From Candidatus Nanoarchaeia archaeon (GTDB lineage Archaea > Nanobdellota > Nanobdellia > Woesearchaeales > ARS49), in assembly GCA_041484255.1 (NCBI GenBank), contig JBGPHE010000003.1:1-39167 (forward strand): 39,167 nucleotides of DNA, given 5' to 3'. This document shows positions 27,484-35,468 of this stretch, piece by piece. The position numbers and the translations under genes are program-made. Within the stretch, counting starts at the first letter, position 1; each line of letters begins with the position of its first letter. The notes under the pieces were generated by a model that had not been told where the DNA came from, did no database searches, and saw nothing but the letters and a program-made list of their open reading frames with translations.

Positions 27484-28751
27484 GCAAGGTCCTCGAGAAT
27501 GTACTGCGCGACTTTCTCGCCGCTTTCCAATGCGACGTCCATGTTGCGGATCTTCGGGAACGTGACTTGGATGCCTGCGTTGTAGAATCCCTGCACCGGC
27601 GTGCGATACGACGGAGCGTACTTGCCGTAGTCCTTGTCATAGACAGGCTCAGCATACTTGTCGCGGAACACGAACGCCCACTTGACGTCCATCGTCGGGA
27701 AATACTTCTTCAGCGCGCCCAAGTACAAATCTTTGATCTCGTCGTCGGGCTTGGGCAGGTCTTCGATCGAGCCGCCGTAGCGGATGACCCAGGAAACCTT
27801 GCTTTTGTACTTGTCGACCAGCACGGAATGCTGATACAAGATGTGAATGCGCTCGCCTAGGAAGTTGACCCAGTAGTTTTCCGCATCCAGGAAGTCTTTG
27901 GTGCCGAACAGCACGCCGACAACGGGCGTGTAGCGCAATTTCTTGATGTTCTTGACGTATTCGTCAGGCAATCCCTTGGCAAAGTGAATGAATTCAGGAA
28001 CGGGAATGGTGTTGATGAGCGCGTCAAACACTTCGGTGTGCTCTTTGCCGCCGACCGTGTACGTGATGACCTTCTTTTGTAAATCAAGCGAGTTGATTGT
28101 CGCTTTCATGCTGATTTTGCATCCCTTGCGGACGACGTCTTGCTGGAGTCCATCGATCATTCCCTGGATGCCCTTCATCGGATACGTGAACAGGTCGTTG
28201 AATTCGCGTTCTTTCATGCGCCACGCGAACTGTTTCATCGAAATCTGGCTCAACGGGATGTTGAATTTGTTCCTGCCGTACAATTGGTAATACATTTTCT
28301 GCGTCACAGACTTGCCGCAGGCCTTGTTCAGGTACGTTTCCGCGTCCAAATCGTCCGGAAGCTTGCTCGGATCCATGAAATAGGAGACATAGATGCCGAA
28401 AAGCCCGAAGCGGACCTTCTCGATGAAGTTGAGATAGCTGAATTTCAAGAACTTCCACGGCTTGTTGATGTTGTAGACCTTGTCTTTGAGCGCGACGGCG
28501 AGATTGATACGCTTCCATTCGTTGTTGCCCATCAAATCGTAGCGCTTGAGGTATTCAAGCGTCTTCTTGTTCGTGCGGACGATGTGGTGGTTGAACCGCG
28601 GGATGAGCTCGCCTTCGACTTCGAAGCTGCTCGCCAGTCCGCCCATGAACGGCGCTTTCTCGAGAATAGTAATCTCTGCCTTACCTGAGTCCAGCAGTTT
28701 GTCTGCTGCGGTTAATCCTGCAAGACCGCCCCCTAAAATGATGACGCGCAT
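27480..28751 (-). CDS. FAD-dependent oxidoreductase (amine-oxidase/HemY-like family)
   Basis: ILGGGLAGLTAA, LEK....GGLA, RFNHHI, RNMDVALESG; ATGA overlap with the SDR gene. Confidence 0.88.
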   Translation of the reverse strand: MRVIILGGGLAGLTAADKLLDSGKAEITILEKAPFMGGLASSFEVEGELIPRFNHHIVRTNKKTLEYLKRYDLMGNNEWKRINLAVALKDKVYNINKPWKFLKFSYLNFIEKVRFGLFGIYVSYFMDPSKLPDDLDAETYLNKACGKSVTQKMYYQLYGRNKFNIPLSQISMKQFAWRMKEREFNDLFTYPMKGIQGMIDGLQQDVVRKGCKISMKATINSLDLQKKVITYTVGGKEHTEVFDALINTIPVPEFIHFAKGLPDEYVKNIKKLRYTPVVGVLFGTKDFLDAENYWVNFLGERIHILYQHSVLVDKYKSKVSWVIRYGGSIEDLPKPDDEIKDLYLGALKKYFPTMDVKWAFVFRDKYAEPVYDKDYGKYAPSYRTPVQGFYNAGIQVTFPKIRNMDVALESGEKVAQYILEDLA

Positions 28752-28773
28752 GCTGTTTTACACAGAGGAACTG

Positions 28774-28808
28774 TTTATAAAGATATCGTCAAGAGCAAAG
28801 TTTAATAA
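28774..28808. promoter_or_regulatory. Divergent TATA boxes: TTTATAAA (28774-28781) and TTTAATAA (28801-28808)
   Basis: 22 and 23 nt from ATGs 28751 (-) and 28832 (+). Confidence 0.72.
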
Positions 28809-28831
28809 ATCGCCCCGAAGTCGCATTCTTT

Positions 28832-29692
28832 ATGGGAATTGCCGATTACGTCAAAGTTCTGCGCCCGCAGCAGTGGTACAAGAACCTGCTTGTGTTTTTG
28901 CCGTTGATTTTCGTGGGCAAAGTGATGGACTGGCCGCTGGTCTGGATCACGTTCCTCGGCTTTGTCAGCCTCTGCTTGTGTTCCTCGTTCAACTACATCA
29001 TCAATGACATCGTTGACCAGAAGAAGGACCGCGTGCACCCAGAAAAGCGCACGCGCCCGATTGCATCAGGAAAAATTGCAGTTCCTGCCGCGCTCGTGCT
29101 TGCATTCGTGCTGCTCGCGCTCGGCCTGCGTCTCGCGTACGTGCTTGACAAGGAGTTCATCTACGCGGTCGCGTTTCTGGTCGTGTTGACGCAGGTGTAT
29201 TCGTTCTTCCTGAAGAAAATCGCGTTCGCGGACATCATCACGGTCGCGATTAACTTTGTCGTCCGTGCAGGAGCCGGAGCGTTCCTGCTGAATGCAGTCA
29301 TCTCGCCTTGGCTCGTGCTGTGCACGTTCTTCTTCGCATTGTTCCTGCTTGCTGCAAAGCGCTATGCTGACTTGCTCTTCCTGGGCAAGAACGCGGCAAG
29401 CCACAAGGAAACGTTCAAAGTCTACACCAAAGAGGTCGCGAACGCGCTGATGATTATCGCGACCGCATTGCTTATCGCGATGTACAGCGCGTATTCATTG
29501 CTCGGCGAGCACCGCTGGCTCGCGTTTTCGCTTCCGTTCGCGTTGTTCGTCATCTTCCGCTACTTTTCGTTGACGTATGCAGGCTCGCCCATCGCGCGCC
29601 ACCCGGACAAGGCGTTCAGGGACGTGCAAATGGTCATCGGCATGCTCTTGTGGGCGCTCTCGGTATTCGCGGCGATTTACCTGCACCGCTAA
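28832..29692 (+). CDS. UbiA-family polyprenyl-phosphate 5-phosphoribosyltransferase (DPPR synthase-like)
   Basis: LRPQQWYKNLLVF, YIINDIVD..KDR.HPEKR.RPIASG, YSFFLK, F.VRA.AG, KRY: signature of the DPPR-synthase subfamily. Confidence 0.88.
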   Translation: MGIADYVKVLRPQQWYKNLLVFLPLIFVGKVMDWPLVWITFLGFVSLCLCSSFNYIINDIVDQKKDRVHPEKRTRPIASGKIAVPAALVLAFVLLALGLRLAYVLDKEFIYAVAFLVVLTQVYSFFLKKIAFADIITVAINFVVRAGAGAFLLNAVISPWLVLCTFFFALFLLAAKRYADLLFLGKNAASHKETFKVYTKEVANALMIIATALLIAMYSAYSLLGEHRWLAFSLPFALFVIFRYFSLTYAGSPIARHPDKAFRDVQMVIGMLLWALSVFAAIYLHR

Positions 29693-29699
29693 CGCAAGC

Positions 29700-29707
29700 T
29701 TTATAAA
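29700..29707 (+). promoter_or_regulatory. TATA box of the 5S rRNA gene (TTTATAAA)
   Basis: About 20 nt upstream of the 5S helix I. Confidence 0.72.
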
Positions 29708-29726
29708 CACCCTTCGGTGATTTCTC

Positions 29727-29840
29727 GTTGGACGGTCAAAGGGGCTGGGTTCCACCCGATCTCATTCGAACTCGGCAGTTAAACCAGCCTCCGTATCCGA
29801 CGGTACTGCGTTACGCGGGAAATCGGGTAAGCTGTCCACC
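29727..29840 (+). rRNA. rrf: 5S ribosomal RNA (archaeal type, shortened, about 112-114 nt)
   Basis: Helix I TGGACGGT/GCTGTCCA; CCCGATCTCATTCGAACTCGGCAGTTAA (helix III/loop C); GGTACTG...CGGGAAA; exact ends approximate. Confidence 0.92.
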
Positions 29841-29854
29841 TTTATTTTTCTCTT
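29841..29854 (+). terminator. Oligo-T archaeal terminator after 5S rRNA
   Basis: TTTATTTTTCTCTT immediately after helix I. Confidence 0.6.
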
Positions 29855-29899
29855 GCTTGTGTCAAAACCTATAAGTAGCTGTTGCGCGGCCATAATCGC

Positions 29900-30154
29900 A
29901 TGCATGGCTACTATGGATGCGGCGGAGAATCGTCGCGTGAGCTCTTTATGCGCGTGAATCATCTTGAAGAATTAATCGAGCAGTCGGCAAAGCCGCGAAA
30001 GCAAGCGCCAAGCGCTCAACCCGTTGTGTACGAGAAGCCTGCGGAAGAAACGGTGCAGGAAATAACTCCTTCGCTCAACTATGGCGGGCGTGTCTTAGAG
30101 AAAAGCAAGCCGGTCGATGAGAATTCTACGATCACTAATGTTCTGCCCGAATGA
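29900..30154 (+). CDS. Small hypothetical protein (84 aa)
   Basis: ATG 29900 is 24 nt after CCTATAAG; fills the gap; no recognised motif. Confidence 0.45.
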   Translation: MHGYYGCGGESSRELFMRVNHLEELIEQSAKPRKQAPSAQPVVYEKPAEETVQEITPSLNYGGRVLEKSKPVDENSTITNVLPE

Positions 30155-30902
30155 CGTCTCTCTTCGTGATTGCGAGATAGACGACTGTTGCTAAAATGGC
30201 GACAAGGAAGATTCCGCTGGTGATGGTCGCGCCCAGCCCGAGACCGCCTGCGTCAGAAGCTTGCGACAAATAGTCGCCCAACGACGCGCCCAAAGGACGC
30301 GTCAGGATGTACGCAATCCAGAACGCGAGAACGCCGTTCAGCTTGAAGCGCAGGTGGGCAACGGCAACGAGTGCGATCAATGCGCCGAAGATGAGCAGCG
30401 ACGGCAGATAGCCAAGCTCGAACTGCTCCGCAACAAGGTCTCCTGCCGCGGTGCCTAATGCAAAGGTAAACAGGATGGCAAGCCAATAGAATGCCTCTCG
30501 GCGCCGAGTAAAGATGGTATGGATGGACAGCGTCCGTTCTTTGATATACCACACGGTGAACGTCGCCGCTAAGGCGACAGCGAAGATGAGGGTCGTCAAT
30601 TCCAGAGGCACGCCCAAGTTATCAGTAAGATTGTCTGTGAGCAGCGTGCCGAAAATGCTGATCAGAACCACGGCGAGCCAATAGATTCCGGGCTTGTATT
30701 TCTTTGACTTGAATTGGAAGAAAAGCACAACGGCCAGGAGCGCGCCCATGACATAGCTTGTGTTGGTCAGGCCCAGACTGAGCGTCTCGTTCAGGAAGTC
30801 CGCAAAGGTCTCGCCTACCGTCGTACACAGGATTTTAATGGTCCAGAAGAACAAGGTGACTTCAGGGACTTTGTTCAAGAGTTGTCTGCCAACATCGCGC
30901 AT
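30135..30902 (-). CDS. COG4705/DUF347-repeat membrane protein
   Basis: NKVPEVTLFFW.IKILCTTVGETFAD, RREAFYWLAILFTFALGTAAGD, FWIAYILTRPLGASLGD. Confidence 0.9.
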   Translation of the reverse strand: MRDVGRQLLNKVPEVTLFFWTIKILCTTVGETFADFLNETLSLGLTNTSYVMGALLAVVLFFQFKSKKYKPGIYWLAVVLISIFGTLLTDNLTDNLGVPLELTTLIFAVALAATFTVWYIKERTLSIHTIFTRRREAFYWLAILFTFALGTAAGDLVAEQFELGYLPSLLIFGALIALVAVAHLRFKLNGVLAFWIAYILTRPLGASLGDYLSQASDAGGLGLGATITSGIFLVAILATVVYLAITKRDVIRAEH

Positions 30903-30949
30903 GCTTCACAGCGCACATCATCCCATTATAAACTTTGTGAACGATGTCC

Positions 30950-32026
30950 TTAGAATTCCACAGTCGCGTCGCCGGTGGCTTCGTTCAGTTCCTTGATCTG
31001 CTTGAACTTGGCCTTGACGTCTTTCCAGCTCAGCGTTTTCTTCGCTTCGACAATGTCGGTCAATAACTGGTTGACTTCCTGGTAGTGTTCGTACAGCCAT
31101 TCGCCTTTCTTGTGCTCCTCGACCGCTTTCTGCTCAAGTTCGTGCAAACGCTTGTGCTGCATCACAATCATTGTCTCAATTCGCTGCAGTTCTTTCTTCA
31201 CAGGAGTCAGTTTCTGCTCTTTGATGGCTTCCGCAGGCATGGCGAACATTCTATCGAGCGCGGCGCCGAATTTGTCGATGTTCTCGCGCTTCTTGTTTGC
31301 GTAACAATCAAAGAGTATTGGCACGGCATCGATGACGATGCTTTCGTCGGAGATGATTTGCGGCCGGAGAGGCTGCGCAAGGAGGAGTTTGAGGATGGAC
31401 AGCAGCTCGCTGGCCTGCTCAGGTGCTGTTTTGTCGGTCGCGGGAACGCCTGCGCGGACGCAAAGCTCTTCGGCAAGCACTTTTCCCAGGCCGAATTGCA
31501 CGGCAAGCGTCTTCGACACGTTCTCGGTGGATTGCGCGAACCGCAGGGCAAAGTCGTGCTCGCTCATGTGGAACGTGTCAGGCGTATCGGGAAGCTGATA
31601 GGGCTTGCCGCGAGTAACTCTGCTATTCAGCGCGAGCGCGGTAATCACGACATTTTCGCCGTCGGTCAGCACGACATTACCGCGGCCGAAGAGCTCCAGA
31701 TAGAGCACGAAGTGCGTGTCAGAACGGTTGACGTGCAGCGCGAGAATTCTTTCAGAGCACACTTGCTCGAGCTTGATGACTTTGCTGTTGCCGATGAGTT
31801 TGCGCAATTGCGCGGCAAAGGGGTGGATCTGGTCTGGCGTCGGAGGGCGCTCGATGGGCGTCCAGGCCTTTCCCGGAGCCGCCTGCAGCAGCACTTTGTT
31901 CCCAAAGGTCAGCAGCACGCCGCGGTCTTCGAGGATGTAAATCTTGTCAAGGCGTTCATTGACTAAGGTTTGCAGTTCGAGGACAAGAAAGTGCAGGTCA
32001 AACGAGGTAATTTCGGTTTTTGTCAT
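30950..32026 (-). CDS. NFACT/RqcH-family protein: NFACT-N, HhH and coiled coil only
   Basis: SFDL..LV.EL..L...LDKIY, FAAQLRK, ERI, LELFGRGNVVL.D, GLG...AEELC.RAG, GEWLYEHY. Confidence 0.82.
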   Translation of the reverse strand: MTKTEITSFDLHFLVLELQTLVNERLDKIYILEDRGVLLTFGNKVLLQAAPGKAWTPIERPPTPDQIHPFAAQLRKLIGNSKVIKLEQVCSERILALHVNRSDTHFVLYLELFGRGNVVLTDGENVVITALALNSRVTRGKPYQLPDTPDTFHMSEHDFALRFAQSTENVSKTLAVQFGLGKVLAEELCVRAGVPATDKTAPEQASELLSILKLLLAQPLRPQIISDESIVIDAVPILFDCYANKKRENIDKFGAALDRMFAMPAEAIKEQKLTPVKKELQRIETMIVMQHKRLHELEQKAVEEHKKGEWLYEHYQEVNQLLTDIVEAKKTLSWKDVKAKFKQIKELNEATGDATVEF

Positions 32027-32386
32027 TTAGTGCATTGCGCGGCCCATGCCGATGAGCGCGACGCCGATGATGATACACCCAATACCGACCCACTTGTATT
32101 TATTCATTTTCTCTCCCAAGTACTTGACCGAGAGTGCGCACGCCCAGATATAGGACAGCGCGGTGATAGGGTACAGGACTGAAAGCTCGCCGTACTTGAG
32201 CCCGATCACGAAAAACACGGCGGAAATGCCGAAAAACGCGCAGCCGAGCAGCGCGTTGTAGTTCTTGATGAGCTTGCGCGGGTTCAGCGAGAACGTCGCC
32301 GCTCCTTTCTTCATGAAAATAGGCCCGAGCGCGGAAATGAGCGTAGCAAACGCGACGATGCCGATGGCAAACGTTGAGGTAGTCAC
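32027..32386 (-). CDS. Small 4-TM SMR/EamA-like (ArnE/ArnF-like) membrane protein
   Basis: GELSVLYPITALSYIW, YLGE.MN..KWVGI..II.GV. Confidence 0.85.
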   Translation of the reverse strand: MTTSTFAIGIVAFATLISALGPIFMKKGAATFSLNPRKLIKNYNALLGCAFFGISAVFFVIGLKYGELSVLYPITALSYIWACALSVKYLGEKMNKYKWVGIGCIIIGVALIGMGRAMH

Positions 32387-32745
32387 GGCGTCACCACTTG
32401 CGTATGCTTGTGCGCGCCTTTGCTGAGCACAATAACACCAAAGATAATCACAATCATTCCATAAATTTTCAGCGAATTCAGCGATTCACCGAGATAATAG
32501 TGCGCAAGGATGCTCACCCAGACGTAATTGGTCGCGTACATCGGGAACAGCACGGAAACTTCGCCGGTCTTGAACGAGTGGATGAGGATAAACGCCGCGA
32601 CAATGTGGAACGAGAACCCGATCAGCAGCGGCCAGTTGGTAAAAATCACCGGCAGCGACTTTGCGCCGATCTTCCAGAACAATTGGCCGAGAGACGTTAC
32701 AATCGTGCAGAAAATCACCAGACAGACGTCGGCGAACTTGGTCAT
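32383..32745 (-). CDS. Small 4-TM SMR/EamA-like (ArnE/ArnF-like) membrane protein
   Basis: GQLFWK, GEVSVLFPMYATNYVW, YLGESL. Confidence 0.85.
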   Translation of the reverse strand: MTKFADVCLVIFCTIVTSLGQLFWKIGAKSLPVIFTNWPLLIGFSFHIVAAFILIHSFKTGEVSVLFPMYATNYVWVSILAHYYLGESLNSLKIYGMIVIIFGVIVLSKGAHKHTQVVTP

Positions 32746-34488
32746 TTATTCCTTGTCCTCGTAGAGAATCTGGACCATTGCCGCGTACGCGGGGCGCGTG
32801 ATGAACACGCCGATGCTGACGCCGATGATGTTCGTGAGCGCGAATCCCTTGAGCAGGCCTGCGCCCGCAAACAGTAGGGGCAGCATGGCGACGACTTCAG
32901 TCATGTAGCCGCTGAAGATGATGAAGAATGCGCTCTTGAGGCGGTCTTTCCAGTTCAGCGTGGTTTCCTTGTTGCCGCTGAGCGTTTCGCCCGTGATGAC
33001 GATCTGGTCGTTCACGCCGGTGCCGACCGAGACAATCAGTCCCGCGATGGCCGCGAGGTCGAGGTTCCAGCCGAACAATGCGTACAAACCGAGCACGAGC
33101 GTGACTTCGAGCAGGCTGGTCAGGATCATGGGCACGGCGAGCTTGATTTTGCGGTAGACTGACAGGAGAATCGCGAGAATGACTGCAGCTGCAATGATCG
33201 CGGCAGTCCAGGCGTTCCTGATGAATTCCGCGCCCAGGGTGGGCGAAATGGTGTCGATGCGGACGATGTCAAGCTTGACCGGCAACGAACCCGTGACGAG
33301 CACGGTCTGCAGGCGCTTCATGTCTTCGAGCGAAGCGCGCATTGCTTCTTCGCGCGAGACGCCCGCGCCGGAGCCGGTAATCGCGATATCGGTCACCGGC
33401 CTGCCGCGGAGGTCGTCTGCGATGTTCAATGACTCGACTTCCTGGTCGTCGAGGTAAAGCGTGAGGGGCAGGCTGAGGTAGCCGCCGCCGTTCTTGGTAA
33501 TAATACTCAATCCCTTGGTGAGCGTGGCCTGGCGCTGGGCCGCTTCGGGTGATGTGGAGATGCTAAACTGGTAACCGCATGCCCAGCCTCCGGTGGCGGT
33601 GCCGCAGCCTCTGCGCGGGTCGATGCCGGAGCATTCTGCGGTGCGGCAGACGTACGTGATGTCCTGTCCGCCGCGGAAGACCGTGTCGTTGCCGATCTTG
33701 GCTTCGAACTTGCCCTGGCGCGCGAGCAAGTCCTTGACTTCTTCTTCGGTCGCGCCGGCGATTTCAACGAGGATGAAACGGTTGGGCTCGCCCAGGAATG
33801 ACGGCTTGTCCTGCACGGTTGTGACGACGATGTCGCTGAGGCCGTAGACATTGAGCCGCTGCTTGAGCGAGTCGACCATGATGTTGAGCGTGTCTGCCGT
33901 GACCGTTTCGGCGGGCTTCAGGAGCACACGGGTGCCGCCCTGCAAATCAAGTCCCTTGCGGAGATTGGTCGTGGGAGCGTTGTCCACCTTCAGTCCGAGG
34001 TCTTCGGCGCCGAGCGGCTTGCGCGCGGTCTGCGCAACGGACATGGTCTTTTCAAAAGTCTTGTTGACGAGTGTTACCGTGCCGTTGACGGTCTGGTTGA
34101 CCTCTTGGGTCACGTTGACCAGTTCGTCCTTGGTCGTGTTGAGCTCGATGATTTGGTACGCTTGCTTGACCGTGAGCTTGTACTGGCCTTTGGTCGTCTT
34201 GATTTGCACTGTCTGATTGACGCGCAGGTCTTTGACGAAATTGTAGTAATCAAGCGCGCTCGTGATGGGCTTGTTGTTCATGCTGGTGATGACTTCTTTG
34301 CTGAGCGGCGTCGCGGTCGGCGTGGGGTTTGCGATGCCCACGAGCGCGGCAGAGCTGTTCTTGACGACGCTCTTGATGACTGCGCCCTGGTTCCACGGCG
34401 TGGGCCTGATGGCGAACAGCATGAAGAGGACGCACACAAGCAGGATGATGACGCGCCAGTTGGTGAACAGCTTGCGGACTTTACCCAT
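32746..34488 (-). CDS. secD: Protein translocase subunit SecD (archaeal type, with PDZ-like insertion)
   Basis: GLDLQGGT, RLNVYGL, GSLPV, ISPTLG, LDLAAIAG...GTGVNDQI, LKGFA; start at ATG 34488 or GTG 34497. Confidence 0.93.
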   Translation of the reverse strand: MGKVRKLFTNWRVIILLVCVLFMLFAIRPTPWNQGAVIKSVVKNSSAALVGIANPTPTATPLSKEVITSMNNKPITSALDYYNFVKDLRVNQTVQIKTTKGQYKLTVKQAYQIIELNTTKDELVNVTQEVNQTVNGTVTLVNKTFEKTMSVAQTARKPLGAEDLGLKVDNAPTTNLRKGLDLQGGTRVLLKPAETVTADTLNIMVDSLKQRLNVYGLSDIVVTTVQDKPSFLGEPNRFILVEIAGATEEEVKDLLARQGKFEAKIGNDTVFRGGQDITYVCRTAECSGIDPRRGCGTATGGWACGYQFSISTSPEAAQRQATLTKGLSIITKNGGGYLSLPLTLYLDDQEVESLNIADDLRGRPVTDIAITGSGAGVSREEAMRASLEDMKRLQTVLVTGSLPVKLDIVRIDTISPTLGAEFIRNAWTAAIIAAAVILAILLSVYRKIKLAVPMILTSLLEVTLVLGLYALFGWNLDLAAIAGLIVSVGTGVNDQIVITGETLSGNKETTLNWKDRLKSAFFIIFSGYMTEVVAMLPLLFAGAGLLKGFALTNIIGVSIGVFITRPAYAAMVQILYEDKE

Positions 34489-35383
34489 GGTGTTCACCGT
34501 GCTTTGCCGCCTTGCGCTCGAGGTACCAGCGCAGGATGCCTGCGTTCTGGAGCCAGGTGTAGATGATGTCGAAAATCATGCCGATGGAGATGATGAGCAT
34601 AATCTGCTTGACGACGTCGGACTGCACGACGATGTGGCCGACGGTCGTGGCCGCAAAGGACGTGAGCGACATCAGGAGTCCGGTCTGCATGGTGCCCGTC
34701 ATGCGCTGGAAGACCGTGCCGGTCTTTCCGCGCAGCACTTTCGTGGTGAGCAGGATGTCCGTGTCCACCGAGTAGCCGATGAGCATGAGCAGCGCGGCAA
34801 CGCCTGCGGTGGAGAGCTTGATGCCGAGCAGGTCGATGACGGCGAGCACGCTGATGATGTCGGAGATTGCGCACAGGATGATGTAGAAGCTGGGCATCGG
34901 CACGCGGAACGTGATGAAGACGACGATGCTCATGAAGAGGAATGCGACGGCGATGGCGATGAGGGTTTGGCGGTAGAAGCTTTCGCCGAGCGAGGAGCCC
35001 ATGACTTCGCTGGAGAACGTGCCGGGCTGCATGCTGAAGCCGTGCTCCTTGAGCGCGCCGATAAGCTCGTCTTCGGTGACGTCAGAAGCTTCGATGATGA
35101 TGCCTTTCATCTGGCCGGCTTCGGTGAAGCTGCGGACGCTGACGTCGGCATGCGGGAAACGCAAGAGCATCGCGGTCTGGATTTCGTCCACGTTCGCTTG
35201 CGCGGTCGGGATGGTCATCGTGAGGCCGCCCTTGAGCGAGACGCCCTTGGAGACGAACTCTCCGGTGACTGCCTTGTGATGGAACAGGACGCCGATGCAC
35301 GCGAAAAGGAGCACGAAGCTAAGGATAAGAAGCAGTTTGTACTGCTTGTCGTAGATGTTCAGTAAAAATGACTTTATTCCCAC
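34481..35383 (-). CDS. secF: Protein translocase subunit SecF
   Basis: GVSLKGG, GSSLGESF, AALLMLIGYSVDTDILLT; AGGTGA SD before GTG. Confidence 0.93.
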   Translation of the reverse strand: MGIKSFLLNIYDKQYKLLLILSFVLLFACIGVLFHHKAVTGEFVSKGVSLKGGLTMTIPTAQANVDEIQTAMLLRFPHADVSVRSFTEAGQMKGIIIEASDVTEDELIGALKEHGFSMQPGTFSSEVMGSSLGESFYRQTLIAIAVAFLFMSIVVFITFRVPMPSFYIILCAISDIISVLAVIDLLGIKLSTAGVAALLMLIGYSVDTDILLTTKVLRGKTGTVFQRMTGTMQTGLLMSLTSFAATTVGHIVVQSDVVKQIMLIISIGMIFDIIYTWLQNAGILRWYLERKAAKHGEHHG

Positions 35384-35416
35384 ACAATCACCTTACGACG
35401 TGAAGAACGCGGTGCT

Positions 35417-35451
35417 TTTTTAAATCTTGCGCAAGACGCGCGTTGCGCAAG
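35417..35451 (-). promoter_or_regulatory. secF TATA (TTTAAAAA 35424-35417) abutted by two TTGCGCAA palindromes
   Basis: TTGCGCAA at 35427-35434 and 35443-35450; CTTGCGCAA/TTGCGCAAG inverted repeat. Confidence 0.5.
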
Positions 35452-35468
35452 GCTCGCTGAACCGCTGT

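Noticed and set aside
27480-28751. Protoporphyrinogen oxidase (hemY) or DprE1
   Set aside because: No heme-pathway context; the GxGxxG FAD fold differs from the VAO-type fold of DprE1
29762-29962. 66-aa minus-strand ORF
   Set aside because: Antisense to the 5S rRNA and its terminator
34262-35365. Long antisense ORFs (this one, 11495-12616, 14112-15128, 16904-17845 and others)
   Set aside because: Shadow frames expected opposite GC-rich genes; no motifs or promoters
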